Below are positions 1-11,174 of a stretch of 64,000 bases of DNA, one piece after another. How positions within the stretch are numbered: the first letter of the stretch is position 1; every line of letters begins with the position of its first letter. Location of the stretch: the NCBI GenBank assembly GCA_019326865.1, contig GCA_019326865.1_4101.1; one strand, given 5' to 3'. The notes beneath the pieces are model-generated. The model was not told the DNA's origin and ran no database searches. It saw only the letters and a program-made list of their open reading frames with translations. Both the position numbers and the translations under genes were made by a program. The DNA comes from a phage.

Positions 1-1
1 T

Positions 2-2353
2 ACTAATCGTGCGTATGTGATTCGTGCTGATATTGATCTAGCACAACTAGCACCAAGTGCACAAGCCCCAACAGGTCCAGTATCTAATGGCACGTTGTGG
101 TTGGATACAGCACAATCACAAGTTGAGGCATATGTAGCTAAGAAAGACAACCCTAGTAGTTTTTATGATTGGCAACTTAAACCAGTTACTATTGTAAGTG
201 CAGAAGAAATTGAGGATGTAAGTTTAGTAGGTTTGAATGTTGATGATTTGGTTCTACGTTATAAACCAAGTAATGGTCAGATGCTAATGTATAAACGTTC
301 TGCTTCTGGTTTGGTGCAAATGGAAACTTACCTATCACCAATCAACAAAGTTCCAGTAGGCTCCACTGTGGAGAAAGGTAACATTTGGATTCGTGATGGA
401 TATACCCAAAATGGCTCAAACTATTTTGGTACTCGTTTTGTTATTAAACGTTATGCATCTTTAACTCAAGTTTGGAATATTGTACCAGCATTTACTGGTA
501 ATTCATTCCAAGAAATTGAAGCGAAAAGTGGTGTTCTAAACAATAGTTATATCGCATCTCGCTTTGATGATGATAGCAAAAGTTTCACTTTTTATATTCA
601 AAGTGCAAAACTATCAACAATTAGTGCTCCTGCTTTGCCATTAGGTGAAACCATTATTGAACAAGCAGGTGATGATAGTTATATGATTTTTACTTATTTG
701 AACAAATCTGTTAAAGTTCTAGCAGTACCGAACGGTGGTGTTATCAATACACAAACTATCATCAATAATCTAAATTCCAATGCTGAAGTAATTAACGATG
801 GTTTTAAATTCAAACGTGAAACTAATGGTGGTTTGGTTATTACCAACACTAAAGGGTACAGTTTCAAAATTACCCAAAGTGGTGATGATATTTTTGCAGC
901 AGATGAGCTACAAAAACTAACTGTAAACAGTAACAACTACTCCCAAATCAATCTTAAAAACTTCCGTGTTAGTTATGAAGTACCACGTAATATCGCAAAA
1001 GATGGTACATTATGGTATAATTTTGGAAACTCTGATAATTTAAATGTTACTTTGTATGTAGCTGATGTAGCAAACGACAAATGGGAACTTGTTCAAGACG
1101 AAAACAAATATGTACAAGTCGATGAGCCAGCAGCAGATCGTACAATTTGGGTATGCCCTCTTTCACAAGGTATCGATGGATACGAATTCTATCGTAATGT
1201 CGATGGTGAATGGGTTAAACTTGACAATACAGATCAAAGCACATTAAATGGTATGGTTTTCCATGACTTTAATACTCCATCAAAAGTTCCCGCTGCTGCA
1301 TTGTATCAAAATGGTATGTTGGCAGTAGACTTAGGCAATACTGAAGGTGTTGTTAAGAAAATGGTTAATGGAAAATGGGAAGTTGTTAGTGGTGTAAGTA
1401 TTGATGGTGCTGGTTTGTTTGGTCGTGCTGCACAACGTCAACTTGTCGTCGAAGCACTGGCAGCAGTTATTGTTGGTAATGATGAAATTCGTTCCGAATT
1501 TATTGATTTCAATCTAATTTGTGTACCTGGTTATGTTGAAACTCTAGCTGAATGTGTAACTTTAAATACAGATCGTAAAGAAACTGCATTTATCGTAACT
1601 GACGTTCCTGCACGATTGGACCCAACTGGTAATGGTAGTGCTGTTCAGAAATGGGCTACTAATGCTAATAATGCACCAAGTAATGGCCCAGTTGGTAGAA
1701 CAACTGCATATGATTATGCAGCCCAGTACATGGGGTGGTGTCTAAGTACAAACGTAGATGGTATGGAAGTTGCTGTACCAGGAAGCACTATTGCAATGCG
1801 TACTTATGCATATAGTGATAGCGTTAGTTATGTGTGGTATCCACCTGCTGGTACAACTCGTGGCGTTGTGACTAATGCTGCAAGTACTGGTTTCATTAAT
1901 AGTGAAGGTGAATATCAACCAGTTGTATACAATCAAGGCCAACGTGATGTTATGTATACAAACAACATTAACCCAATTGCAATGCGTCCGAATCGTGGTT
2001 TACTTGTGTATGGAGATAAAACGCTATCTGCTAATCAAACATCAGCACTAAGCCGCGTTAACGTCGCACGTTTAGTTGTTTATATTCGTCGTCAACTTGA
2101 AATTATTTCTGAACCATTCCTATTCCGTTTGAATACCCCAAGTACTCGTCAGGAATTCAGTGGTGTAGTTAATAGTTTCTTGGCAGAAATTGTTCAACAA
2201 CAAGGTCTATATAATTTCGCAGTAGTTTGTGACGAAAGTAACAACACTTCTGAACGTATTGACCGTAATGAACTTTGGATGGATATTGCAATCCAACCAA
2301 CCAAGTCTATTAACTTCATATACGTACCAATTCGTATTGAAAAGACTCAATAA
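2..2353 (+). CDS. tail sheath protein (5'-partial; frame open to window edge, listed ORF begins at 17)
   Basis: Long ORF; C-terminal region (INPIAMRPNRGLLVYGDKTL...LYNFAVVCDESNNT...RNELWMDIAIQP...FIYVPIRI) matches conserved contractile-sheath C-terminal domain as recalled from T4 gp18; followed by terminator and tube genes. Confidence 0.8.
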   Translation, partial: TNRAYVIRADIDLAQLAPSAQAPTGPVSNGTLWLDTAQSQVEAYVAKKDNPSSFYDWQLKPVTIVSAEEIEDVSLVGLNVDDLVLRYKPSNGQMLMYKRSASGLVQMETYLSPINKVPVGSTVEKGNIWIRDGYTQNGSNYFGTRFVIKRYASLTQVWNIVPAFTGNSFQEIEAKSGVLNNSYIASRFDDDSKSFTFYIQSAKLSTISAPALPLGETIIEQAGDDSYMIFTYLNKSVKVLAVPNGGVINTQTIINNLNSNAEVINDGFKFKRETNGGLVITNTKGYSFKITQSGDDIFAADELQKLTVNSNNYSQINLKNFRVSYEVPRNIAKDGTLWYNFGNSDNLNVTLYVADVANDKWELVQDENKYVQVDEPAADRTIWVCPLSQGIDGYEFYRNVDGEWVKLDNTDQSTLNGMVFHDFNTPSKVPAAALYQNGMLAVDLGNTEGVVKKMVNGKWEVVSGVSIDGAGLFGRAAQRQLVVEALAAVIVGNDEIRSEFIDFNLICVPGYVETLAECVTLNTDRKETAFIVTDVPARLDPTGNGSAVQKWATNANNAPSNGPVGRTTAYDYAAQYMGWCLSTNVDGMEVAVPGSTIAMRTYAYSDSVSYVWYPPAGTTRGVVTNAASTGFINSEGEYQPVVYNQGQRDVMYTNNINPIAMRPNRGLLVYGDKTLSANQTSALSRVNVARLVVYIRRQLEIISEPFLFRLNTPSTRQEFSGVVNSFLAEIVQQQGLYNFAVVCDESNNTSERIDRNELWMDIAIQPTKSINFIYVPIRIEKTQ

Positions 2354-2361
2354 AACACAAA

Positions 2362-2386
2362 GGGAACCTCGTGGTTCCCTTTTTTA
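2362..2386 (+). terminator. intrinsic terminator (gggaacc-tcgt-ggttccc + T-run)
   Basis: Perfect 7-bp stem, 4-nt loop, followed by tttttt immediately after sheath stop. Confidence 0.75.
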
Positions 2387-2741
2387 TTATTTAAAATTAA
2401 ATATATTATCTATTAATCACACTTTTTGGATATATTATGGAAGAAATACTCAAAAAAACATTACAAGAAGTTAGTAACACCGTATCAACACAGGCTGAAT
2501 CATTATTAATATTAAAAGCATTTATGGAGAATTTAGAACATTGTCGGTATTATTTGTGGTTATACTGTATACACAAATGGTAAATGGTCTATTGGAATAA
2601 ATTATATAGATTATAAACAAACTAAAAAATACTTGTATTGTGTTAATATAGATTGGTTCCCATGTTAATGACATACTTGAATAAAAGTATAAGTAATCGA
2701 TAAATAAAATAAAGATGTCATTCCATGATAGGAGAATATAA

Positions 2742-3428
2742 ATGGCTACAATGCTTGATCGATATGGCGTGCCGCTGGCAGGTGGTGGTCGTATCTCTAT
2801 GAAACAACCGAAGGCAAAATATAAATTTCGTGTCATTTTCTTTGGTTTCGGTACTAATGATGATGGTAATATGATTACACTAGACACTAATACCGTAGGT
2901 GCAGTATCGGTATCACATGAAAACGTTACTGTTCATAGTTATAACAGTTCTGCACACTATAAAGGTAAGTACACATGGGATACTATTGAAATTGCTTTCC
3001 GTGATTCAGTTGGTAATGCTTCTGCTAAAGCACTATATAACCAAATGCGTAAAGAATTTAACTATTATAGTCAAGAATCACGTATGACCGATTCTCAATT
3101 CAAGTTCGAAATGTGGATTCAAGAACTTGATGGCTCTAATAGTGAAAATACGTCAAACCTGTTTGAAGGTACATTAAGTACTTGGGTATGTCAAGGTTGC
3201 TTTATTGAATCTAGTAACTTTGGTGATTGGGACTATTCTTCAAGTGATGCACAAGTCATTTCTATGACAGTACAACCTGATGGGTGTGCCAAGTTGGGTC
3301 CAAACGGTGAAGCATTTGGTGATGAAGTTAGTGGTTTCGGTAATCCATCAACAGCTACTTCTATTTCTGGTGCACAAACTAATATTAGTAGCACTACACT
3401 ACCAGATAGTAATTTCTATGAAAAATAA
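2742..3428 (+). CDS. tail tube family protein (gp19-like), paralog 1
   Basis: Position directly after sheath; N-terminus KAKYKFRVIFFGFGT shared with next ORF; segment DTIEIAFRDSVGNASAKAL resembles tube-protein core; RBS aggag upstream. Confidence 0.55.
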   Translation: MATMLDRYGVPLAGGGRISMKQPKAKYKFRVIFFGFGTNDDGNMITLDTNTVGAVSVSHENVTVHSYNSSAHYKGKYTWDTIEIAFRDSVGNASAKALYNQMRKEFNYYSQESRMTDSQFKFEMWIQELDGSNSENTSNLFEGTLSTWVCQGCFIESSNFGDWDYSSSDAQVISMTVQPDGCAKLGPNGEAFGDEVSGFGNPSTATSISGAQTNISSTTLPDSNFYEK

Positions 3429-3448
3429 TTTCATTTAAACTTAATATA

Positions 3449-3476
3449 GCCTCGAATCATTTCGAGGCTTTTTTTA
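3449..3476 (+). terminator. intrinsic terminator (gcctcgaa-tcat-ttcgaggc + T-run)
   Basis: 8-bp perfect stem followed by ttttttt. Confidence 0.75.
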
Positions 3477-3520
3477 TGCTAAATAAAGTATAATACCTTA
3501 TAAAATAAAAAGAGGTTGCT

Positions 3521-4297
3521 ATGGCAAATAACATGATTAATAAATATGGGGTTCCTTTACCATCAGGGCGTAATAGATCTATGCTACAACCAAAAGCAAA
3601 ATACAAGTTTCGTGTTATTGTATATAATTTCGGTACTGAAATAAATGAACGAGATCACATTGCACTTGATGTGGATAAAATAGATAGACCTACTGTCACA
3701 TTTAGTACACATAAACTGTATCAATTTACTACAAATACATCATATATTGGCAGTTATGATTGGGAACCAATCACATTATCGATCCGTGATTCGGTTGGTA
3801 ACGCTTCTGCAAAAGCATTATCTAGACAGTTACAAAAACAACTTGACTTTCAACGTAGAATAACATCAAGAAGAGTTCATGACTATGGTTCATATAAATT
3901 TGGATTAGTTATACAAATGCTTAGTGGACGTAACTCTGATGATACATTAGATAATTTGGGTAGAGATACATTAGTTGATGCATCCACCGCAGCAACAAAT
4001 AATACTGGATTGGTTAATGCTGTCGATCAATTTATAGGTGGTTCGTCTTATAATAGTGCTGGTGTCATGGAATACTTTGTTTTAACGGGATGTGTTATAC
4101 AAAACATAACATATGACTCTCTTGATTATAGTTCAAGTTCACCAGTTGAAATGGTAGTAACAATAAAACCAGATAACTGTATACAATTTGATAACATTGA
4201 AGAAATGTATAGTACCAGAATAAATTCTCTTTTACCTGAAAATGTCAATCAAGGATTAGATATCATTGATCGTGTTTTTGGTAATGTTGGATTTTAA
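3521..4297 (+). CDS. tail tube family protein, paralog 2
   Basis: N-terminal 40 aa near-identical in pattern to 2742..3428 (YGVPL..G..RSM.QPKAKYKFRVI), shared PITLSIRDSVGNASAKAL block. Confidence 0.5.
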   Translation: MANNMINKYGVPLPSGRNRSMLQPKAKYKFRVIVYNFGTEINERDHIALDVDKIDRPTVTFSTHKLYQFTTNTSYIGSYDWEPITLSIRDSVGNASAKALSRQLQKQLDFQRRITSRRVHDYGSYKFGLVIQMLSGRNSDDTLDNLGRDTLVDASTAATNNTGLVNAVDQFIGGSSYNSAGVMEYFVLTGCVIQNITYDSLDYSSSSPVEMVVTIKPDNCIQFDNIEEMYSTRINSLLPENVNQGLDIIDRVFGNVGF

Positions 4298-4308
4298 GGA
4301 GATGATGG

Positions 4309-5403
4309 ATGAGTGATTTTTTTGATTCATTTGTCAGTACTGGCACAAGTATTGTAAATGGGGTTGTTGATAATATAGAAATAGTAAAAGACCCTGCATT
4401 CAAAAACTATAATGCTGCTCAACGTGTTTTTGGAACAGCAGGTGAAATGGGTTTTTCATTTTATAATTTACCTAAATTTAAAAATAGTTTTATAATTGAA
4501 TTTGTGTTAACTCCTTTTGCAAAAAACTTTATTAAAACTCAATTACCAGACACACATACTGGTTTTGACGTTAATAATGTATCATGTTTTGTTAAAGATG
4601 TTACATTACCAAGCTTTTCATTTAATATTGAAACAGTCAATCAATATAATAAAAAACGATTAGTTACTGGAGACATAGTTTATAAACCAAGTAATGTGGT
4701 TTTTTATGATACTGTTGATGGTGCTGGGTACTTATTATTGGATGCATATAGAAAGTTTTATTATGGTGATTTCTTTGATAAAAATCCCCAATCGTACCGT
4801 AATGATGTTCTAAGTACACCTGATAACTTTAATGGTTTGGGGGGTAACTGGGGTCGTTCCGTTATGAACAACGGTAATTATGATAACCAATACTTTTTTA
4901 AATCAATTAATATATATGAAATTGATAATGAAACATACACAGTACATAATATGATAAACGTATTCATCGAAGATGTACAGTTAGAAACTAAATCTATGGA
5001 AAGTGAAGCAGAACCGTCTGTTATTTCTTTAACTATGAGATACGAAGCATGTAACAACTTTGGACCTGATGGATATTTGAGTATTAGTGTACCTTCAATG
5101 GAGATTGCACATTTGATTACAAACACAGAAGGACTTGGTGTTAGTGGTTTCTTCAAATATTTTGGTGAATTGGATGATAAAACAACAGGAATAGAGACAG
5201 TTGGCAAAATTATCCGAGCAGGTACGTCAGTTAGTGATATAATCAGTAGTGTTGATGATATATTGCGTGGGGACACTACACCTGACACTATTAGAAACAT
5301 CGGGGCGGCTGTAACCAGAGGTTCTAATGCTATTGGATTTGGTAGTGTTGTGTCTGAAGCAAGTTCTAAATTTGGACTTGGTAATATACTAGGAGATTTC
5401 TAA
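4309..5403 (+). CDS. tail tube/tube-initiator family protein (gp19/gp54-like), paralog 3
   Basis: Segment KDVTLPSFSFNIETVNQYNKKRLVTGDIVYKPSNVVFYDTVDGAGYLLLDAYRKF parallels the T4 gp19 core pattern as recalled; adjacent to tube genes. Confidence 0.45.
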   Translation: MSDFFDSFVSTGTSIVNGVVDNIEIVKDPAFKNYNAAQRVFGTAGEMGFSFYNLPKFKNSFIIEFVLTPFAKNFIKTQLPDTHTGFDVNNVSCFVKDVTLPSFSFNIETVNQYNKKRLVTGDIVYKPSNVVFYDTVDGAGYLLLDAYRKFYYGDFFDKNPQSYRNDVLSTPDNFNGLGGNWGRSVMNNGNYDNQYFFKSINIYEIDNETYTVHNMINVFIEDVQLETKSMESEAEPSVISLTMRYEACNNFGPDGYLSISVPSMEIAHLITNTEGLGVSGFFKYFGELDDKTTGIETVGKIIRAGTSVSDIISSVDDILRGDTTPDTIRNIGAAVTRGSNAIGFGSVVSEASSKFGLGNILGDF

Positions 5404-5475
5404 CACACATTTCGTGGAATATTGAAATGTTTAGAATTAAATATTGTTAAATTAATAAAATCAAAAGGTATATAA

Positions 5476-6486
<1,011 letters not shown>

Positions 6487-6515
6487 CTAAAACATCTATT
6501 TAATGGAGTTATTAA

Positions 6516-7052
6516 ATGAACAAGCTACAACAAATTCTAACACAAAATAAGCCTGTATATGAATATCGTGTCAAATTTGCATTTGAGCCTAGTGCTGAAC
6601 AATTGAGTAAAGTAACGCAACGTCTTGTTGATCGTTATGATGCTTTTGAAGTTGGGGCGTTAAAGAAAACAATTTTTATGGAAAAACCACTAGATTTTTA
6701 TGAACTTGATTGTGGTGAAATTTGGATGTTTGATTTTAAATGCAATCGTGGTGTACAGTCTAATGTACTAATGTATGAAATTGGAAATCTTCTATCTGTC
6801 ACCGAAGCACTTATTCGTGTTCGTAATAAAGATGAACCTCGTCAAATTGAAATGACTGATTTGGAAGATGATATTGATTTTGATGATATCGATGAACCAA
6901 TTATCGGGGTGGATTTTGGGAAACCAGAAGACAGTTATGATTTAGCAGGACAAGAACGTGCTGATACAGCAGTTTCTGATGCAATTGATGCATTTACAAA
7001 AGACAATAAATACTCTCAATATATGAGTGCTGGTTTTGGTAAAAAGGATTAA
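6516..7052 (+). CDS. hypothetical protein
   Basis: ORF in operon, stop/start coupling with next gene. Confidence 0.5.
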   Translation: MNKLQQILTQNKPVYEYRVKFAFEPSAEQLSKVTQRLVDRYDAFEVGALKKTIFMEKPLDFYELDCGEIWMFDFKCNRGVQSNVLMYEIGNLLSVTEALIRVRNKDEPRQIEMTDLEDDIDFDDIDEPIIGVDFGKPEDSYDLAGQERADTAVSDAIDAFTKDNKYSQYMSAGFGKKD

Positions 7053-7055
7053 CAC

Positions 7056-7607
7056 ATGAGTATACTTAATGAAATGTTAGACTATGATGACAAAGAGTTA
7101 AACGAGGCTCGCCCATATAGTCGTTCACAAAGTGCTATTGATAGTGCTAAAGGTAAAGTGAAAGGTTTTTTTGGTAGTGGGCAAATTGAACAAGGTGCAC
7201 AAGAAGTTGGTGCTGAAGCGAACAAGTTGTGGGCTGAGTTTAAACGATATGTAGGCCGCAAATATGGAAAAGCACAGCCAACAGTACCTTACGCTGATGT
7301 TGCACAGTTTTTTAAAGGGAACAATCTTGATATTAAATACTTGGGTAATAATACACGTCGTTCTTTTACACCAAAAGATGTAGGTACTGCTTTATTAAAC
7401 GCTGCTCGTGATCTAATGAATGACTATCGTGACCAACAAGGCGAGGAAGAACGTTCTGAACCACAACAGTCACAGCGTACTGCACCAGAACAGCAAGAAC
7501 AGCCAGCACAACAAGAACAACCAAAAGCACAAGGTTCCAGTATCCCTGATGCTCTACAAAAATTAAGTCCAGAGCAACGCGACCAACTGTTACGTATGCT
7601 TTCTTAA
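7056..7607 (+). CDS. hypothetical protein (Q/E-rich C-terminal tail)
   Basis: ORF in operon; low-complexity QQEQPAQQEQP segment. Confidence 0.5.
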   Translation: MSILNEMLDYDDKELNEARPYSRSQSAIDSAKGKVKGFFGSGQIEQGAQEVGAEANKLWAEFKRYVGRKYGKAQPTVPYADVAQFFKGNNLDIKYLGNNTRRSFTPKDVGTALLNAARDLMNDYRDQQGEEERSEPQQSQRTAPEQQEQPAQQEQPKAQGSSIPDALQKLSPEQRDQLLRMLS

Positions 7608-7620
7608 GGAGAATCAACGC

Positions 7621-9126
7621 ATGGATAATTTTTTCAGTACTGAAACTGTCACCGTTCCTAATGGTTATGTATATACGTCACATACTGGTGCAAAATATGT
7701 ATTTCTTGAAGGATTCTGGTTTAATGACAGCAACATGTTAATGGTAGACCCTAGAAAATACCCATCCATGTACGCAAGTGCTCGTCAACAAATTGTCGAG
7801 CATAATCTAGCCTCAAATGAATATAAGATTGGTAAAAAATATATTGTTGAAGGTAAAGAGTGTACATTTATTGGTGAAAACCGTTTCAAAACAAAAGATG
7901 GAATTCTGCTGTCTGAAAATGAAATCATCACAGAATTAATGGCAGATGATCATCGTGTATATAACGTTTCAAAAGAAACACTCCAAAAAGAATGGAATGC
8001 ATTAAAATTTTACATTCTTCCTCCCTATGCTGATGATATATCAATTCCAGCAGGTATGGAAATTAGTGGTTTTAAGTTTGTTCCAAAGAATCACCGTTTT
8101 GTCGATATGAAATCAGGCAGACCAGTTGATCCAGCAATGACCCGCAAGCTATCCGATGAAGGCATACGTATTGCTCGTCAGTTAGCTTCAAAAAACAAAC
8201 TAATTCCAATCAAATCAACTTTAGTTCAAGGTAATACACGTTGTGAGTGGAATGGTAAAGACTTTTGCGATAACGATGGTAATGTGGTAATTCCAGAACA
8301 AAATGCACATGCAATTATTAAGGCATATCAGCAATTTGTTAATGATAACCCAAGTGATTTTCCTACATTGACGGGCGAACAAGACCACAGTGAACAACGT
8401 TTTGGTTCAGGTGAAAAGCCACAACAATCAACACAACCTGTTAAACAGCCTGTATTTGCAACCAAAGAATCAATCAATGAAGCAGACGAAGAAATTGAAG
8501 AATTTGAAAGTATTACAGTACCTGATGGTTATAGAATGACTTCTTCTAAAGGAAAAACATACACTAAGAAAAACAACTTGTGGTATGATATTGACAGCAA
8601 AAAGCAACTTAACACTAGTGCTTCTAAAAGTGTTGAAAGAGCAGCCCAACGTGATATTTTCCGTCATAACAACTCTGGTGCTATGAAAATTGGAACAAAA
8701 GTTAAATCCAAACAAGGTAAAGAATATTCTTATGTTGGTGGTGACCGATTCATTAGTGCTGATGGTAAATTTATTCCGAAAGCAACCGCAGCTAAATTAC
8801 TTGCTAAGTACAATGACGAGAAAGAAGATGTAAAACCAGATAATTCTAGTACTGATCAAATTCAATCAAAAGAAGAACCTAGGAAAGAACCAGAATCTGA
8901 ACAAAAACCAGACGAAGTTTCTGGTTCAGAAACTAAATCTGAAACAATTGCTGGTGATGACGTACAATCATTAGCTTCTAAAATCAAAGAGTCACCTTAT
9001 GCTAAAAAAATCACAGTTCTTTTAACTCGTGGTGATGAGGTTTCTCTACTTGCTGCTGATATTCTACTTTCAGGCAAAAAGGATGAAACAGTGCAAATTT
9101 TAAAATCATTAAATAATAATGATTGA
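7621..9126 (+). CDS. hypothetical protein with internal duplicated domain
   Basis: Two copies of motif (T)VPxGYxxTSxxGxxY at N-terminus and mid-protein; ORF length. Confidence 0.5.
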   Translation: MDNFFSTETVTVPNGYVYTSHTGAKYVFLEGFWFNDSNMLMVDPRKYPSMYASARQQIVEHNLASNEYKIGKKYIVEGKECTFIGENRFKTKDGILLSENEIITELMADDHRVYNVSKETLQKEWNALKFYILPPYADDISIPAGMEISGFKFVPKNHRFVDMKSGRPVDPAMTRKLSDEGIRIARQLASKNKLIPIKSTLVQGNTRCEWNGKDFCDNDGNVVIPEQNAHAIIKAYQQFVNDNPSDFPTLTGEQDHSEQRFGSGEKPQQSTQPVKQPVFATKESINEADEEIEEFESITVPDGYRMTSSKGKTYTKKNNLWYDIDSKKQLNTSASKSVERAAQRDIFRHNNSGAMKIGTKVKSKQGKEYSYVGGDRFISADGKFIPKATAAKLLAKYNDEKEDVKPDNSSTDQIQSKEEPRKEPESEQKPDEVSGSETKSETIAGDDVQSLASKIKESPYAKKITVLLTRGDEVSLLAADILLSGKKDETVQILKSLNNND

Positions 9127-9148
9127 TAACTAAAAGGATTTATTTAAA

Positions 9149-10129
9149 ATGGCTAAAAAAATTAATGAAGCACAAGTTAAAATCGATATCGCAGGTTTAG
9201 AATCTGATGATTTGGAAACACTATCCCGTATGTTAGCTCTTGCTGGTCAAGCTGAACGTCAAGACCCTGTGGTTGCTGCTCCAGTATCATCTATTGGGTC
9301 TATGGCTCCATCTCTACCACCTATTGCACCACTAGATCTTGATTCTATTAGTGCCGAAAAAGAAATTGGTGGAATTGAAACTTCAGTTGAAGATCCATTG
9401 GCAGCAGCAGTTGATGGTCTTTCCGCTGATGATGGTGATTTTGGTGCTGACACCGATGAAGTTGGTATTGATGCTGAATTTTCAGAACCAGGCGTAGAAG
9501 GTGAAGAAGATTTTTCTCTTGACCTTAGTGGTCAACCTCAACTAGAATCAGTTGAAGAAGACGACGATGAGGAAGAAGAAATCATCGAAGAAGAATTCGA
9601 TTTTAGTCGTATGCTATCTCTTGCTGGTATTAACGAAGAAGAAGACGACGATTTTTCCGTAGAGGGTAATACTGCTACTGATAGAGAAATGAAAGATACT
9701 CAATTTCTACCAGATCTAAGTATCTCTGAAGATGAAGAACCATCTGACAGTACTGATTATGGTCCATATAATACTGAAGTTGATGCAGTTCGTGATGGTC
9801 AACTTAAGACTAATGGTGTTGAAGGTGATCATTTTGTTGTAATTGCGAAAGGGAACCAGTTTTATTGGAGACGTGTTGTAGATGAAGATGTTGACAATCG
9901 TCCAGAACCAGAGTATTATGACAATGAAGGAAACGAAAATCGCGTTCATAAATTTGAACCAAAATCTCCAGGTACTGCATTAGGAGATAACCCACTCAAT
10001 GTTAATGAAAGTGAAGAAGATGATTCACCAGAAGGTAACACTGACTTGGAAGATGACTCTGATGAAGAAGTAGAAGATATTTTCGAAAGTCTCCAAGAAA
10101 AATATAAAAAATTTTTAGGAGACAAATAA
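9149..10129 (+). CDS. highly acidic hypothetical protein (D/E-rich)
   Basis: Long runs of D/E (EEDDDEEEEIIEEEFDF, SEEDDSPEGNTDLEDDSDEEVEDIFE). Confidence 0.5.
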   Translation: MAKKINEAQVKIDIAGLESDDLETLSRMLALAGQAERQDPVVAAPVSSIGSMAPSLPPIAPLDLDSISAEKEIGGIETSVEDPLAAAVDGLSADDGDFGADTDEVGIDAEFSEPGVEGEEDFSLDLSGQPQLESVEEDDDEEEEIIEEEFDFSRMLSLAGINEEEDDDFSVEGNTATDREMKDTQFLPDLSISEDEEPSDSTDYGPYNTEVDAVRDGQLKTNGVEGDHFVVIAKGNQFYWRRVVDEDVDNRPEPEYYDNEGNENRVHKFEPKSPGTALGDNPLNVNESEEDDSPEGNTDLEDDSDEEVEDIFESLQEKYKKFLGDK

Positions 10130-10130
10130 T

Positions 10131-10526
10131 ATGCAATATAATTATCGTGAACTAGTTGAAGCGTTGGACGAAATCACCGGACGAGATGAAGAAGGAAGTT
10201 TTTCCGTTGAAGTTGATTCCGATGTTGTAGCAATTGATGTTCTTAAAGATATTACCAAATGTCTCGTTGATATTGTTGATAAGATTAAATCTGGTGAAGA
10301 TCAAAAAGAAATCGTTGATAAACTACAAAAAGCATGTGACATTTTGTCTGACATTCGATATAATGATGAAAGTACTGAAGTCGATGATGATGAAGTGATG
10401 GAAGCTATTGCTGGATGTTTTGGAACTGAAGGTATGGGTCCAACGATTGACAAAGATGGCGTACAGCACTATAATGAACCAGATGCACCATCTTATGCTG
10501 CACGCCAAGGTTATGTTGGAGACTAA
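10131..10526 (+). CDS. acidic hypothetical protein
   Basis: ORF overlapping previous stop (ATAATATG); D/E-rich. Confidence 0.45.
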   Translation: MQYNYRELVEALDEITGRDEEGSFSVEVDSDVVAIDVLKDITKCLVDIVDKIKSGEDQKEIVDKLQKACDILSDIRYNDESTEVDDDEVMEAIAGCFGTEGMGPTIDKDGVQHYNEPDAPSYAARQGYVGD

Positions 10527-10531
10527 AATAT

Positions 10532-10912
10532 ATGTTTCCTGTACCATCACATAACAGTACTGAATATCAAAATGATGTACTTTCCAAAGTTAGGGAAGTA
10601 CATGAATCAGATTCAGAAATAACAGACCGTATGCTTCTGATGTCAATTTTTGAAAATTTCAGAACTGGCGGTGGTTTACGTCTTAGCAAGTTTGGGTATG
10701 GAATTTGTAAAGAAAATAATCTTTATGAATTTACAAAAATCCCCTTGCAAAGAGAATTTAAAAGTTCTATAATGTTTACATCACTTGACAGAATATGTAC
10801 TTCACCTTATTATGTTGAAGGTCAGTACATATATCTGACAGATGCAATGATAATAACTGAATTAACATTGTGTTGTGATGATTTTAAACAATTATTTTCT
10901 ATTCATATGTAA
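10532..10912 (+). CDS. hypothetical protein
   Basis: ORF in operon. Confidence 0.4.
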   Translation: MFPVPSHNSTEYQNDVLSKVREVHESDSEITDRMLLMSIFENFRTGGGLRLSKFGYGICKENNLYEFTKIPLQREFKSSIMFTSLDRICTSPYYVEGQYIYLTDAMIITELTLCCDDFKQLFSIHM

Positions 10913-10924
10913 GAAAAATAAATG

Positions 10925-10952
10925 TTGACAAGATAGAATGATGTGATATAAT
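10925..10952 (+). promoter_or_regulatory. sigma70-type promoter P1 (TTGACA-N16-TGaTATAAT)
   Basis: Consensus -35 TTGACA at 10925-10930, extended -10 TGATATAAT at 10944-10952. Confidence 0.65.
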
Positions 10953-11017
10953 AAGCATCAGACATAAAGTTTTCAAGCGACACAAGATGTGAGTTTGAAA
11001 AAAATAAAAAAAAGTGA

Positions 11018-11045
11018 TTGACAAGTTGAAACGATGTGATATAAT
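11018..11045 (+). promoter_or_regulatory. sigma70-type promoter P2 (TTGACA-N16-TGaTATAAT), tandem copy of P1
   Basis: TTGACA at 11018-11023, TGATATAAT at 11037-11045; same gATGTGATATAAT core as P1. Confidence 0.65.
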
Positions 11046-11145
11046 GTTCACATCAAGGCAGCAAAGAGATTTACCTTTTTAAACACACGGATGATTCATG
11101 AAGTAATAAAGGAACTGATAAGTTAAATTATTTTAACACAGTTCC

Positions 11146-11174
11146 TTTACTTTTGCCCACGGATTGGCTATAAT
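11146..11174 (+). promoter_or_regulatory. promoter-like element P3 (TTTACT-N17-TATAAT)
   Basis: TATAAT at 11169-11174 with TTTACT 17 nt upstream; 42 nt before the AAA+ gene start. Confidence 0.4.

Noticed and set aside
2735-2741. TATAAAT immediately upstream of the tube gene ATG, and likewise at 5471
   Set aside because: The motif overlaps the start codon itself (TATAAATGG), leaving no room for a transcription start and RBS; treated as coincidental AT-rich sequence, not a late promoter.
2522-2887. Minus-strand 121-aa ORF overlapping the tube gene start and upstream gap
   Set aside because: Overlaps a supported plus-strand gene and its RBS; hydrophobic low-complexity translation.
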